A DNA stretch of 64,000 nucleotides, from the sequence record SRR33789315_92, one strand, 5' to 3'. Below the pieces are notes generated by a model. The model was not told where the DNA came from, ran no database searches, and saw only the letters and a program-made list of their open reading frames with translations. The position numbers and the translations under genes were made by a program. Each line of letters starts with the position of its first letter. The stretch's first letter is position 1. Positions 22,701-31,266 of this stretch are shown piece after piece.

Positions 22701-23088
22701 ATGTAAGGTATTATTGGGAAAATTTTCCAATAAAATAACAGCGCATCAAGAACTGAAAAAAATCCAATCAAGCAATGCTGCCATTCAGGGCTTTGTCACT
22801 CGTTTGGCTAATTTACCCGCAGCAGTAAGCGTTTTTAGCCCTATAAAAGAACCTGCAATGACGGTGAATCTCTATTGGATCCAGTTGGGTGCCTATTCAA
22901 CAACCACTGCTTGTGATGAAAAATTACAACAGGCGAAACAACTAGATCTGCCACTACCAAAACAACAGCAAGTGAATGGATTGTGTAAAGTTTTTATTGG
23001 TGAATTTGATAACAAAGAGCAGGCATTGAAGATACTTGCCAGTCTACCTGCACTGATAGTAAAAGGAGCCTTCGTTGTTCGTATTTAA
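19786..23088 (+). CDS. Usher-like outer-membrane protein with Ig-like domains and two C-terminal SPOR domains
   Basis: Signal peptide; usher plug-like segment (WSVELYRDG..G..F.NI.V.YG.N.FEI..YG..GE); long amphipathic beta region; DNNKNAVYD SdrD-B-like motif; two IQLGAY..(V)xxGxF..A..GFV SPOR repeats. Confidence 0.72.
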   Translation: MLFEIRWLTFLGLFVSLLLTWQSKADTLQLKSTSVDFEIYDVFLDDGLLLFESTDVYIYEGKVLLPFNTLISALEINLSYDHRQQRFTGRLNSKDVDVSLLNLVEAIKWPVVVVDEKEQIFIDSQTFGFLIDAEVSVESKELKLVLKSKTESFPLQVRIARINRKVVAPNESMLDNYDFIIDDQYRLLTPFSGNVSFALTANETEQDYNINVNTYNDLFYHSANLSLAKNTEGELTKRLTLSRETANPTEKFIGGINRYSFGDVSSSNNRSNSSFSGTGFVFSSFENRYSSHFGKVTIDEYVTANWSVELYRDGFLIDTGVAGADGHIVFNNIDVNYGSNRFEIKTYGDFGEKQNIIREVLVGQNLLRPGKFQYAGGVVDTTHSLLNDNGIFNARGNYSPAVFFQSEYGLNQTTSLGLSVFVDSDQATDISTKKAIISVTHQLSNALLDINFEANDNNSYQLDGNLIGSLSTWTRYNLGINYNNSKDSAIGNGQTQAEKVGIRGNISGRVGLLTYGFSGSIDSDQQTLGANIIENRRETLSNTLSWRYNNFNINNQLSYSNFNLDNGVSEIGASATINQISVSSALSHSVYLRSTGKFNLSDNGDPFRSIDANLNWNVSNKLNINTSAEYFKNGNFKVSSYTNWQRDDYNLTFGANFSNDDRWQLSLGVSFGLDYDYYQNKLNLTSEYGAASGTLDLLTYIDNNKNAVYDEYDEALENVGFGSSSYWRNNFTNKNGNAYLPGVSTRTPIKVYFDTSNTRAPNLKPVHDNFVFYTHPGGITSLDVPMNYGADLQGQIVMGDSDRGLSVRLIPIQLLNKQGDIIKETITDIDNFYAFSDLWPGQYQMRIEPEFLSDKSLTSVPETMALQLTGADDFVNVADFILNYIDAIDVNIENNSSAGTEVNVSSMLGEVIPYSNVNPRQSSNMQELSVAPSYYYSIQLGAYSDSENCIIRVNELKIGGMDNPYYQTDNRLCKVLLGKFSNKITAHQELKKIQSSNAAIQGFVTRLANLPAAVSVFSPIKEPAMTVNLYWIQLGAYSTTTACDEKLQQAKQLDLPLPKQQQVNGLCKVFIGEFDNKEQALKILASLPALIVKGAFVVRI

Positions 23089-23578
23089 TATCAGTAAAAT
23101 TACAAAACTTCAATTGTGTTTGTTCTGTTTATTACTAATCAGTACTATGCGGCTTAGTGCTGTTGAGGCAAGGATTCAGCAAGTACAAGCGGTTTATTTT
23201 GGCTCCGTTATTACTCGGTTAGGATCTTGTGAAATGGATGCCATTACAGGTACTATTACTAGTTCTGGTAATATTTGCATTGGTTCAGAGTCTCTGGGGC
23301 ATTACAGAATATTTGGTGATCCCAGTGAGTTGCAAGAAATTAAGTTGAACGTAGTTAGTGATTTACCTAGAGGGATTGTTTTTTCGCCTAAAGGACGATT
23401 GGTTAATAATTTTGGCGATGATATGTTAGCTCCTATCGCTGGTCTTGGTTACAATATTAGGATAGGTAGCGATGGCGTGCTTGATATTTATATTGGTGGA
23501 ACATTAACCTTTAGCCAGGTGCAAACGAGTAACTTGCCCATTGTTATTTTTTATGAAATTGAATTTAATACTTTATAA
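23075..23578 (+). CDS. Second DUF4402-like protein (putative minor pilin)
   Basis: AAGGAG then a TTG start overlapping the end of the usher gene. Signal peptide, VYFG, a Cys pair, IYIGGTLTF and a C-terminal YEIEFN. Confidence 0.68.
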   Translation: MFVFNISKITKLQLCLFCLLLISTMRLSAVEARIQQVQAVYFGSVITRLGSCEMDAITGTITSSGNICIGSESLGHYRIFGDPSELQEIKLNVVSDLPRGIVFSPKGRLVNNFGDDMLAPIAGLGYNIRIGSDGVLDIYIGGTLTFSQVQTSNLPIVIFYEIEFNTL

Positions 23579-23817
23579 CAGAAGTAAATTAAGAATGTGC
23601 TAGGCCAGCATTAAAATTCGCGCACTGTAAAATTAATAAAGGTTGTATCATTTTTAAAAAAAAGATTACAAGAGGATGTAACGAATTTTGTGTAACTTGT
23701 TTCGCCTAGATTAAGTGATTAGTTATTCAAAAGCTTACTGTTTTTTCTCCGGTAAGAGAAATGTTAGAAGCGCTTTTATATAAAAAATTATCTATCCTTT
23801 TTGGAGTGATCCAATTT

Positions 23818-24432
23818 TTAGTTTAATAAGGGTACACCGTCTTTTGATTTGTCTAGTGATAATAAGGACAATTCTCCTTTAGCTGCAGAATATATTTTAC
23901 TTGAATTTGGAAGTTTAAAAAAACAATTTATTTTATATTTATCTTGACGTTTATAAATTTCTGTATCAAGTATAAACAAGTGATTTTGCATATCAGGTGC
24001 AGTTTGAAATATCGACTCATCCACCACAGTTATTCCATATTCGATTAATTCTTTTATAAGAAGCATATTTATAAGTATGTTGTTCTCAAACGCATAGGGA
24101 CGTGTCTCTGCATCTATAACGGTGACAGGATTGACCAATACCATCATCCCTTCTGTATTGTCGATATTTGCGAGTAGATCCATGGTCAAATTGCGGACTT
24201 GACGTTCAATTTCAGCATTTTGAATTGTTGATTTATTTTGTTGTATTTGTTCAATATTTCTACTTTTAAATAGTTCGTATTTTTCTGCTTTTTCGAGATC
24301 AATTATGTTGTTGTCATTTGGCATTAAAATTCTTTCTGGACTGTTTTTTTTCATATTTTCAGTCGTATTTATGTTTTTTGCACAGGCTGATATTAATGAC
24401 ATAATTATGACTATTGATATTTTTTTGTACAT
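23818..24432 (-). CDS. Divergent FlgO-like lipoprotein
   Basis: Likely ATG at 24432 after GGAG; lipobox ISAC. The pattern ELIEYGITVVD..YKIN..KIYSAA parallels the two upstream FlgO-like genes. Confidence 0.55.
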   Translation of the reverse strand: MYKKISIVIIMSLISACAKNINTTENMKKNSPERILMPNDNNIIDLEKAEKYELFKSRNIEQIQQNKSTIQNAEIERQVRNLTMDLLANIDNTEGMMVLVNPVTVIDAETRPYAFENNILINMLLIKELIEYGITVVDESIFQTAPDMQNHLFILDTEIYKRQDKYKINCFFKLPNSSKIYSAAKGELSLLSLDKSKDGVPLLN

Positions 24433-24634
24433 TGGATTACTCCTTTTAAAATTATTACCTAGTGCAGCTTTTGTTAAATGTAAACCTAACAAATCTTATT
24501 ATGAGCAATATAATGCTAACTCGAATCCGCCGCTTGGTTAGGTAAAAAGTTGGAACGGGGATAAATTAGCGTCAATCAATGCTGCTTTTTTTCATATTTT
24601 CTTAAACTTCTTTATCCACCCAGCGCAAATAGGT

Positions 24635-25255
24635 TTATTCAGTTTTAATGAATAAATTTGAACCTTCAACTAATGGGAACTCATTTTTCAACATAAAATT
24701 AGGTAAAAACAATGAATTGACCGCTAAAATTTGAGCGTTTTTAGTTTGAATTAATCGTGAATTAATGGTCGCTCCAGTTTGGGTATAATTAATTATTCCC
24801 GACACCATATAGGGGGCTAGTTGTTGAGATTGATGAGTTCGGTCAAAGATAAAATTGCCCTTTTCATTTATTTCAATAGCTGTAGAGAGATTTAATTCTT
24901 TTACACTAAAGCCAACTTCGCGGAGAGATATTATTAGGGTCTCAGCGAGTTTATTGCCTAACGCATTTGAGCTTGTCAAGTTGTCATCTAATTCTACAAA
25001 AGAGGCAACGCCTAATTGTACAATGCTTTCAACTTCTACTTGAAATGACAGTTCATTAGCAATTCGATCTGCGTATTTTTTTAATATTTTAAATGAGTTT
25101 GCATTGCTTGGCTGTTCACTTAAAATATTTTGTTTCGGCTCATAACCATAACCATATTCACTGAAGCGGCTTGGATAATGGTCTGAATGAAACATATTAG
25201 ATGAGCACCCTTGCAGAAGAACAGTTAATATAAGTGGTACTCGATACCAGTTCAT
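24635..25255 (-). CDS. FlgO-family outer-membrane lipoprotein
   Basis: Likely ATG at 25255 after GGAG; lipobox LQGC; VASFVEL..LGNKLAETL..GF.V.E..INSRLI core. Confidence 0.75.
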   Translation of the reverse strand: MNWYRVPLILTVLLQGCSSNMFHSDHYPSRFSEYGYGYEPKQNILSEQPSNANSFKILKKYADRIANELSFQVEVESIVQLGVASFVELDDNLTSSNALGNKLAETLIISLREVGFSVKELNLSTAIEINEKGNFIFDRTHQSQQLAPYMVSGIINYTQTGATINSRLIQTKNAQILAVNSLFLPNFMLKNEFPLVEGSNLFIKTE

Positions 25256-25412
25256 TGGGTCTCCTTTAATTAAGGTGTGCATGTATTAAAAATATCGATT
25301 TATTGAGTATTTTTGGTATTTAGAAAGCCTAGCCCCACTTAGAAACACACTGTAATTATTGAAGTAGATTGTGACAGTAGCGCTAAATACTAAAATGAGG
25401 AGGGACGCCTTA

Positions 25413-26318
25413 TTATTCTTTAATTAACAATACAAAACGTTCATCGCTATTTTCTGGTTTTACAGGCTCAGATGTATTTTGGTTTTTTTCAATCTTGGCA
25501 GCGCTAATGGCTAGCTTACTATCTTTAATTGGACTATTGGCTTCATTCGATTCGCCTGTAACACTTGTTAAAATTGCGTTTGATACGTCGTTAGGTATAA
25601 AGCTCTGAGCTGACGCCACAACTGCTTTAGACTCTATTCCGACAATTCTTGCATTAATAAGATAACCATCTGGCTGTTTTAGCATTGTTCCCCCAACGAT
25701 ATAAAGAAAAGGAAAATTTGCACTGATTTCTTCGTAATCACGGGTAAAAGCAAAGTCTCCTTGTCCTGTTACCCTTATATAATCAGTTGTTTTGAAATCA
25801 ATCACCGGAATGCCAAATTTATGGATTTCATGCATTAGACTTTCGGCTATTTGGTTACCTAGTAGGTTACTGGTTGTGTAATCACTGTCTAACATCACAA
25901 AACTGACCACCGCCACAGGCGTAGTCGAATTGACGTATTGTAGGTTTGATACTAAATCCTGCATCAAACCTTGTACGTAAAAATTAATATTAGGTTTTTT
26001 GGCTTGATTGGCCTGATTGGCTTGTGCTTCACTTATTACGTTGCCGAATTGGCTCACGATAGCTTTTAATTCTGCAATAGATTCTGATTGTGCCGTTGTT
26101 TTTAACTGAGATTGTTGTTGATTTGCCACCGCCATCTGGTTTGCCGTATTTTGTGCGGTTACTTTTTGTTTGAACTGTTGTTGAAAGTTCTGGCTGGCAC
26201 TTAATTGTGCGCTACCTTGCGGACTACTAGTAACTGACATGTCCGTCTGATTGTCATCAAGCGTGGCGCAGCCGCTAAGGGATAATATGCTCAATAGTAC
26301 GAGTTTATGCAGCGTCAT
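25413..26318 (-). CDS. FlgO-family outer-membrane lipoprotein with Gln-rich linker
   Basis: Lipobox LSGC; VAVVSFV..LLGNQIAESLMHE..GIPVIDFK..GDFAFTRDY..INARIV..VVASAQ FlgO core. Confidence 0.85.
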   Translation of the reverse strand: MTLHKLVLLSILSLSGCATLDDNQTDMSVTSSPQGSAQLSASQNFQQQFKQKVTAQNTANQMAVANQQQSQLKTTAQSESIAELKAIVSQFGNVISEAQANQANQAKKPNINFYVQGLMQDLVSNLQYVNSTTPVAVVSFVMLDSDYTTSNLLGNQIAESLMHEIHKFGIPVIDFKTTDYIRVTGQGDFAFTRDYEEISANFPFLYIVGGTMLKQPDGYLINARIVGIESKAVVASAQSFIPNDVSNAILTSVTGESNEANSPIKDSKLAISAAKIEKNQNTSEPVKPENSDERFVLLIKE

Positions 26319-26448
26319 AGCGCTCTCCTAAATGTAACGATTAGGTTGGCAACGTTTAACCGAGGTAGTAACTAGTGGGCAAATACCTGCCGCTTTTGCT
26401 TCCTACTATCAGTATGCCAAGTATAAATTGTAGTTATTGCTTAGCTTC

Positions 26449-26465
26449 AGCAATTAAGGTGCCAA
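26449..26465 (-). promoter_or_regulatory. Sigma54 -24/-12 promoter for the flgO-like cluster
   Basis: The minus strand reads TTGGCACCTTAATTGCT, a consensus TGGCAC-N5-TTGC. Confidence 0.8.
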
Positions 26466-26524
26466 CGATCGTTTAGTTAAAGGAATATTAAATATTTATT
26501 AATTACAACGATGGCATGGGGTGC

Positions 26525-26565
26525 GAAAAAGGAGTGCCTTATTAAATAGTAGGCACTCCTTTTTC
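26525..26565 (-). terminator. Intrinsic terminator after rimO-DUF2721
   Basis: GAAAAAGGAGTGCCT...AGGCACTCCTTTTTC perfect stem with A/T tracts. Confidence 0.85.
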
Positions 26566-26573
26566 ATTAGGTA

Positions 26574-27035
26574 TTAATTATTGTTGTCGTCATCGACAAA
26601 TTCTTTGCCCATTTGTAAAGTACGCGTGGCTAATTGCACTTCTTTTAAAAATGTTAACAAAGCAAAAATGAGCAAAACTAACGAAATAGTAAATAAAGCG
26701 ATCACTGCATTACGAAAATTAATTTGCCATAAATCGCCAACAAATAAACACACCACTACACCACATACAAATAAGGCTGAAGCAACACATAAACCGATGG
26801 CACGGTTAATCAGCTTAACTCTGCGCCAGAGGTTGTTAAGTTCTTTATGTGACATTTCAATATAGGTTGGATTTTTGAGCATCATGAGTCTACGCTCCAT
26901 GACTCTTGCTCTATCCACTATACGACCTAGTCGCCCTGACATTACATTTAAAAATCCAGCTATGCCGGTCAACATAAAGACGGGCGCCACTACAATTTGT
27001 ATAATTTGTGCTAGGTCGTTGGTTGATGCGTCCAT
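26574..27035 (-). CDS. DUF2721-type membrane protein
   Basis: IQIVVAPVFMLTGI..RLGRIVDRAR and FLKEVQLA; three TM helices. Confidence 0.8.
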   Translation of the reverse strand: MDASTNDLAQIIQIVVAPVFMLTGIAGFLNVMSGRLGRIVDRARVMERRLMMLKNPTYIEMSHKELNNLWRRVKLINRAIGLCVASALFVCGVVVCLFVGDLWQINFRNAVIALFTISLVLLIFALLTFLKEVQLATRTLQMGKEFVDDDNNN

Positions 27036-27050
27036 GTTTGCTTATCCTAT

Positions 27051-28478
27051 TTATGCTTCTTCTGCGGGCTCTTCATCGGCAACTTTGACTGCCCATAAGT
27101 CATGTTCGTTGGCATGAATAATTTGTGCCCATATAATATCACCTGGCTGTACATCAAATTCATCGGTTAAATGTACATTACCATCAATTTCAGGTGCATC
27201 GGCATAACAGCGGCCTACTGCGCCTTCTGAGGTGACTTCGTCGATCAATACTTGATACTCCAAGCCAATCTTAGCTTGTAGTTTGGCGGCACTGATAGCA
27301 GCTTGTTTATGCATAAATCGCTCATGGCGTTGCTGTTTTACTTCTTCACTGATTGGATCAGGTAAATCGTTGGCCTTGGCACCGTCAACATCTGAATACA
27401 TAAAACAGCCAACACGATCTAACTGTGCTTCATCTAAAAAGTCGAGCAACATTTGGAAGTCTTCTTCGGTTTCACCGGGAAAGCCTACGATGAAAGTTGA
27501 ACGAATAACTAAATTAGGACAGATGTCACGCCAGGCTCTAATTCGTTCCATGGTGCGTTCAGCTGCTGCTGGGCGCTTCATTAACTTTAGAATACGCGGG
27601 CTGGCATGTTGGAAAGGAATGTCCAAGTAAGGCAATATTTTGCCTTCAGCCATTAAAGGCATGATTTTATCAACCGAAGGGTAGGGGTAAACATAATGTA
27701 AACGTACCCAAATACCTAAGTCAGCGAGTTTTTCACATAAGGCTTTCATGTCGGTTTTTACCGGCATGCCATCCCAAAAGGCCATTTTATTTTTAACATC
27801 TACCCCATAGGCGCTAGTGTCTTGCGAAATGACTAATAGCTCTTTCACACCGGCATTTTTTAGGCGCTTTGCTTCGTCTAATATTTCACCAATAGGGCGA
27901 CTGACTAAGTCACCGCGCATTGAGGGAATAATACAAAACGTACAGCGGTGATTACACCCTTCGGATATTTTTAAATAGGCATAATGCCGTGGCGTTAATT
28001 TAACCCCGATATCAGGCACTAAGTTTAAATACGGATTATGTACTGGCTGTGGCAAGTGAGTATGCACCTGATTGACCACTTCTTCATAAGCATGAGGGCC
28101 GGTGATCGCTAATACATTGGGGTGTACTTCACGTATATCGTCTTCTTTAATCCCTAAACAACCAGTTACAATGACTTTACCGTTTTCAGCTAAGGCTTCG
28201 CCAATAGTATCTAAAGATTCTTGTACCGCTGAATCAATAAAGCCACAGGTATTTACAATCACTAAATCAGCGTCTTTGTAAGTGGGTACCACGTCATAAC
28301 CTTCAGTACGCAACTGCGTAAGAATACGTTCAGAATCGACTAGGTTTTTTGGGCAGCCGAGGCTCACAAACCCTATACGAGTGCCTTCTGCTGATTTGAC
28401 AGGCGTACCTGATTCAAGCACTTTTACAGGCGTTTCTAGGGTGGTGGTTTGTTTGGGATTAAATGTTTCGACGGTCAT
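27051..28478 (-). CDS. rimO: Ribosomal protein S12 methylthiotransferase
   Basis: [18 protein letters not shown], radical-SAM CNHRCTFC and a C-terminal TRAM domain (DAPEIDG). Confidence 0.97.
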   Translation of the reverse strand: MTVETFNPKQTTTLETPVKVLESGTPVKSAEGTRIGFVSLGCPKNLVDSERILTQLRTEGYDVVPTYKDADLVIVNTCGFIDSAVQESLDTIGEALAENGKVIVTGCLGIKEDDIREVHPNVLAITGPHAYEEVVNQVHTHLPQPVHNPYLNLVPDIGVKLTPRHYAYLKISEGCNHRCTFCIIPSMRGDLVSRPIGEILDEAKRLKNAGVKELLVISQDTSAYGVDVKNKMAFWDGMPVKTDMKALCEKLADLGIWVRLHYVYPYPSVDKIMPLMAEGKILPYLDIPFQHASPRILKLMKRPAAAERTMERIRAWRDICPNLVIRSTFIVGFPGETEEDFQMLLDFLDEAQLDRVGCFMYSDVDGAKANDLPDPISEEVKQQRHERFMHKQAAISAAKLQAKIGLEYQVLIDEVTSEGAVGRCYADAPEIDGNVHLTDEFDVQPGDIIWAQIIHANEHDLWAVKVADEEPAEEA

Positions 28479-28748
28479 GCTGTGCCTTGCTGCTTTGTTT
28501 GTGAGTAATTCAAGCTAAAGTGATAAAAGATATTTAGCGACCTTTGATAAAATTCTGCGTGCGCTTTTTATGCAAAGGTGTGTTTATTAGCGGCATTATA
28601 CAGGAGAAACAGCTGCGGTGTAATGAGTAAGTACAATTCATAATGGCTTGTGAAAATGCTGTATTAGGGACTTTTTATGTTACATTTCAAGCACACTCGC
28701 TAGTGAATTAAGGCATGCTCGAAAAGCATTAAATATCCGCTTTTAAGT

Positions 28749-29120
28749 CTAAATTAATAATTCGTCAATCTGATTTTTGCTGATAGGTTTAGTCACGTAT
28801 TTTTTAACACATGCATGCGCCAGTGCTTTTTCTTTATCTATTTCTTTATCTGACGAACTCAACATAATAACCATTGTTGTTTGGTGGTTGTCTTTATCAT
28901 ATTGTTCTAAAAATTCATGGCCGTTCATGCGTGGCATATTAATGTCTAAAAAGATGATATCGGGAGGCTGTTCTAATGAGTTTAATATTTCAAGCGCTTC
29001 TTGCCCGTCATATGCCTGTAAAATTTCGACATGCGCATCACAATCTTCAATCATTAATTTAGCGAGATATTGATCAATCTCACTATCATCAACCACTAAT
29101 ACGAGGTTAGCCTTCATCAT
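28749..29120 (-). CDS. Single-domain response regulator
   Basis: VVDD, FLDINMPRMNG and TKP; no output domain. Confidence 0.9.
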   Translation of the reverse strand: MMKANLVLVVDDSEIDQYLAKLMIEDCDAHVEILQAYDGQEALEILNSLEQPPDIIFLDINMPRMNGHEFLEQYDKDNHQTTMVIMLSSSDKEIDKEKALAHACVKKYVTKPISKNQIDELLI

Positions 29121-29164
29121 TTCTTCCTCAATCTGCTGCTTTGATATTTCACTAATATACCCGA

Positions 29165-31000
29165 TTAATTATTAGCCGGAAGTGTCAGTTTAAAAGTAGT
29201 CTTATCATTTGCGCCGTCAAATGTTATTTCACCGTGCAGAATATCTGCGCTTTTTTTCATCATGTAAAGACCCAGTCCAGAGCCAAAAGCAGTTTTAGGA
29301 TGAAAACGTTTGAACATTTTGAACAAGTTTTCATGTTGATTTTTAGGGATGCCTAATCCGTTATCACACACTTCTAATACAAAACATCCATTTGAGCTGT
29401 AACTTGAAATTCTGATATAGGATTTTTCTTTTTTCACATCCTGATATTTTATTGCGTTTGATAATAGGTTTTCAACAATGAGTGCCAGGCGGTTTTTTTG
29501 GGCTGTGAGTTCGCCGTCAAATCGTAGGTCAAACTCTATGTTTAGCCTTTCAAAATGTACCATATGTTTTAATTTGTCGAGAGACTCATCTAAAAGTACT
29601 TTAAAGTTAATAGATTGCTGTTGTTCTTCGGCGTTTTTTACTTGGGTTAATACTAGTATATCTTTGACAAGTTCTTCTAACTTTTGCAAGGACGTTTGAA
29701 TTAACTTAGTACTGAAAAGGGCTTTGTCTTTCTCGCCTGCACGTATGGCATTTTCGACCATGTCCAGTAGTCTTATCGATGAAACTAGAGGTGACCTTAA
29801 GTCATGTGATGTGCGGTAGGCAAATTCTTCTAATTCGCTATTAATTTGTTTTATCTCGGCTTCTGCTTTTTTCCGCTCTGATATATCACGCACAATTCCG
29901 CTATAAAGTTTACGGCCTTGAACATTCACTTCACTCACCGATAAATCAAGTGGAAAAGTACTTCCATCTTTGCGTTGACCTTCTACTTCACGTCCGCTGC
30001 CAATGATCTTTTTAACACCCGTGGCATGGTAATTTTTAAGATAGCCATCATGCTCACTATGATAGGGTTCAGGCATTAATAATTTAACATTCTGACCAAC
30101 AATTTCGTGTGCTTTAAAACCAAATATTTTTTCACAGGCTTTGTTGTAATGCTCGACTAAGCCTGTTTCATCAATGGTAATTAAACCGTCTACTGTATTA
30201 TCAAGTACCGCGGCAAGACGCTTTTGAGTCTCTTGTAACTCAGTAATATCACGCACAATCCCACTGTATATTTTACGCCCTTTGATTTTTACTTCGCTAA
30301 TGGAAAGATCAAGGGGGAAAATGTTGCCATTTTTTTTCTGTCCTTCTACTTGCCGACCAGTACCGATAATTTTTTTTTGGCCAGTGTCGTGATAATTTTT
30401 GAGGTAACCATCATGCTCACTATGGTAGGGCGCGGGCATTAACATTTTTACATTTTGTCCAATTACTTCCTGCGCGGTATACCCAAACAAGACTTCACAT
30501 GCTTTATTAAATGACTCAATTAAGCCTTTTTCATCAATGGTGATTAAGCCATCTACCGTATTGTCTACTATGGCTTGGAGCGTGGCTTGATTATCACCTA
30601 ATGCTTGTTCGGCTATTTTTCGATCAGAAATATCGCGAATTGTACCGACGAACATCATTTCGCCTGATATATCCATTTCATTAACACTCAATTCCATGGA
30701 AAAAATATCACCATTTTTACGTTTCGCTTTTACTTCGCGTCCAATACCGATGATTTTTTTATGACCGGTTTTAACATAATTTTTTAGATAATCGTCATGT
30801 TCGTTAAAGTAGGGCGCGGGCATCAACATTTTAACATTTTGCCCAATCACCTCGTCGGGCTCATACCCAAAGATACGCACAGCAGAGGGGTTGAAACTTT
30901 GCACTATACCGAGTTTATTAATGGTTATTATGCCATCGACAACGGTTTTCAAAACCGCTTCTAACTTTGATGCATAATCTGCCAGACTTTTTTTATTCAT
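29165..31000 (-). CDS. Cytoplasmic histidine kinase with three FixL-like PAS domains
   Basis: Three NVKxLMPxPY..EHDxYLxNY..TG.KKIIG.GR repeats; H-box SHDLRSPL, NLLSNAIKY, DNGLG and GSGLGL; no TM helix. Start probably at 31000 (the ORF extends to 31033). Confidence 0.9.
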   Translation of the reverse strand: MNKKSLADYASKLEAVLKTVVDGIITINKLGIVQSFNPSAVRIFGYEPDEVIGQNVKMLMPAPYFNEHDDYLKNYVKTGHKKIIGIGREVKAKRKNGDIFSMELSVNEMDISGEMMFVGTIRDISDRKIAEQALGDNQATLQAIVDNTVDGLITIDEKGLIESFNKACEVLFGYTAQEVIGQNVKMLMPAPYHSEHDGYLKNYHDTGQKKIIGTGRQVEGQKKNGNIFPLDLSISEVKIKGRKIYSGIVRDITELQETQKRLAAVLDNTVDGLITIDETGLVEHYNKACEKIFGFKAHEIVGQNVKLLMPEPYHSEHDGYLKNYHATGVKKIIGSGREVEGQRKDGSTFPLDLSVSEVNVQGRKLYSGIVRDISERKKAEAEIKQINSELEEFAYRTSHDLRSPLVSSIRLLDMVENAIRAGEKDKALFSTKLIQTSLQKLEELVKDILVLTQVKNAEEQQQSINFKVLLDESLDKLKHMVHFERLNIEFDLRFDGELTAQKNRLALIVENLLSNAIKYQDVKKEKSYIRISSYSSNGCFVLEVCDNGLGIPKNQHENLFKMFKRFHPKTAFGSGLGLYMMKKSADILHGEITFDGANDKTTFKLTLPANN

Positions 31001-31171
31001 ATTTTCCCTGTACGTTTTAATGACATGGGTCAATTTAGTTTTGTAAGAATGATAGTTTAGTTAGGACAGAGGTCAATTCTATGAATCATTTTATTTAGTT
31101 AAAGAGTTTTCAAAAACGATTTCATTAAAGCTATTGTAGTTAAGGTTATATTTTTTCACATAATATGACGT

Positions 31172-31207
31172 CATTAAACCAAGACAGTGCTTCGTCTTGG
31201 TTTAATG
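31172..31207. terminator. 14-bp hairpin downstream of the esterase gene
   Basis: CATTAAACCAAGAC-agtgcttc-GTCTTGGTTTAATG. Confidence 0.6.
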
Positions 31208-31266
31208 CAAACGCGGATGTGAATGCTGTTATTTGCGTTTTTAGTGCGGTAAAAGCTCTTTATAGG

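Noticed and set aside
24504-24519. Sigma54-like TTAGCATTATATTGCT (minus strand) before the third FlgO-like gene
   Set aside because: It lacks the invariant GG at -24, so it is too weak to call.
17179-26500. Genomic island or prophage call for the AT-rich pilus/FlgO region
   Set aside because: It looks more AT-rich by eye, but I saw no integrase, tRNA, att repeats or phage genes, and composition was not computed.
31001-31266. FNR/FixK box upstream of the FixL-like kinase
   Set aside because: No TTGAT-N4-ATCAA match was seen.
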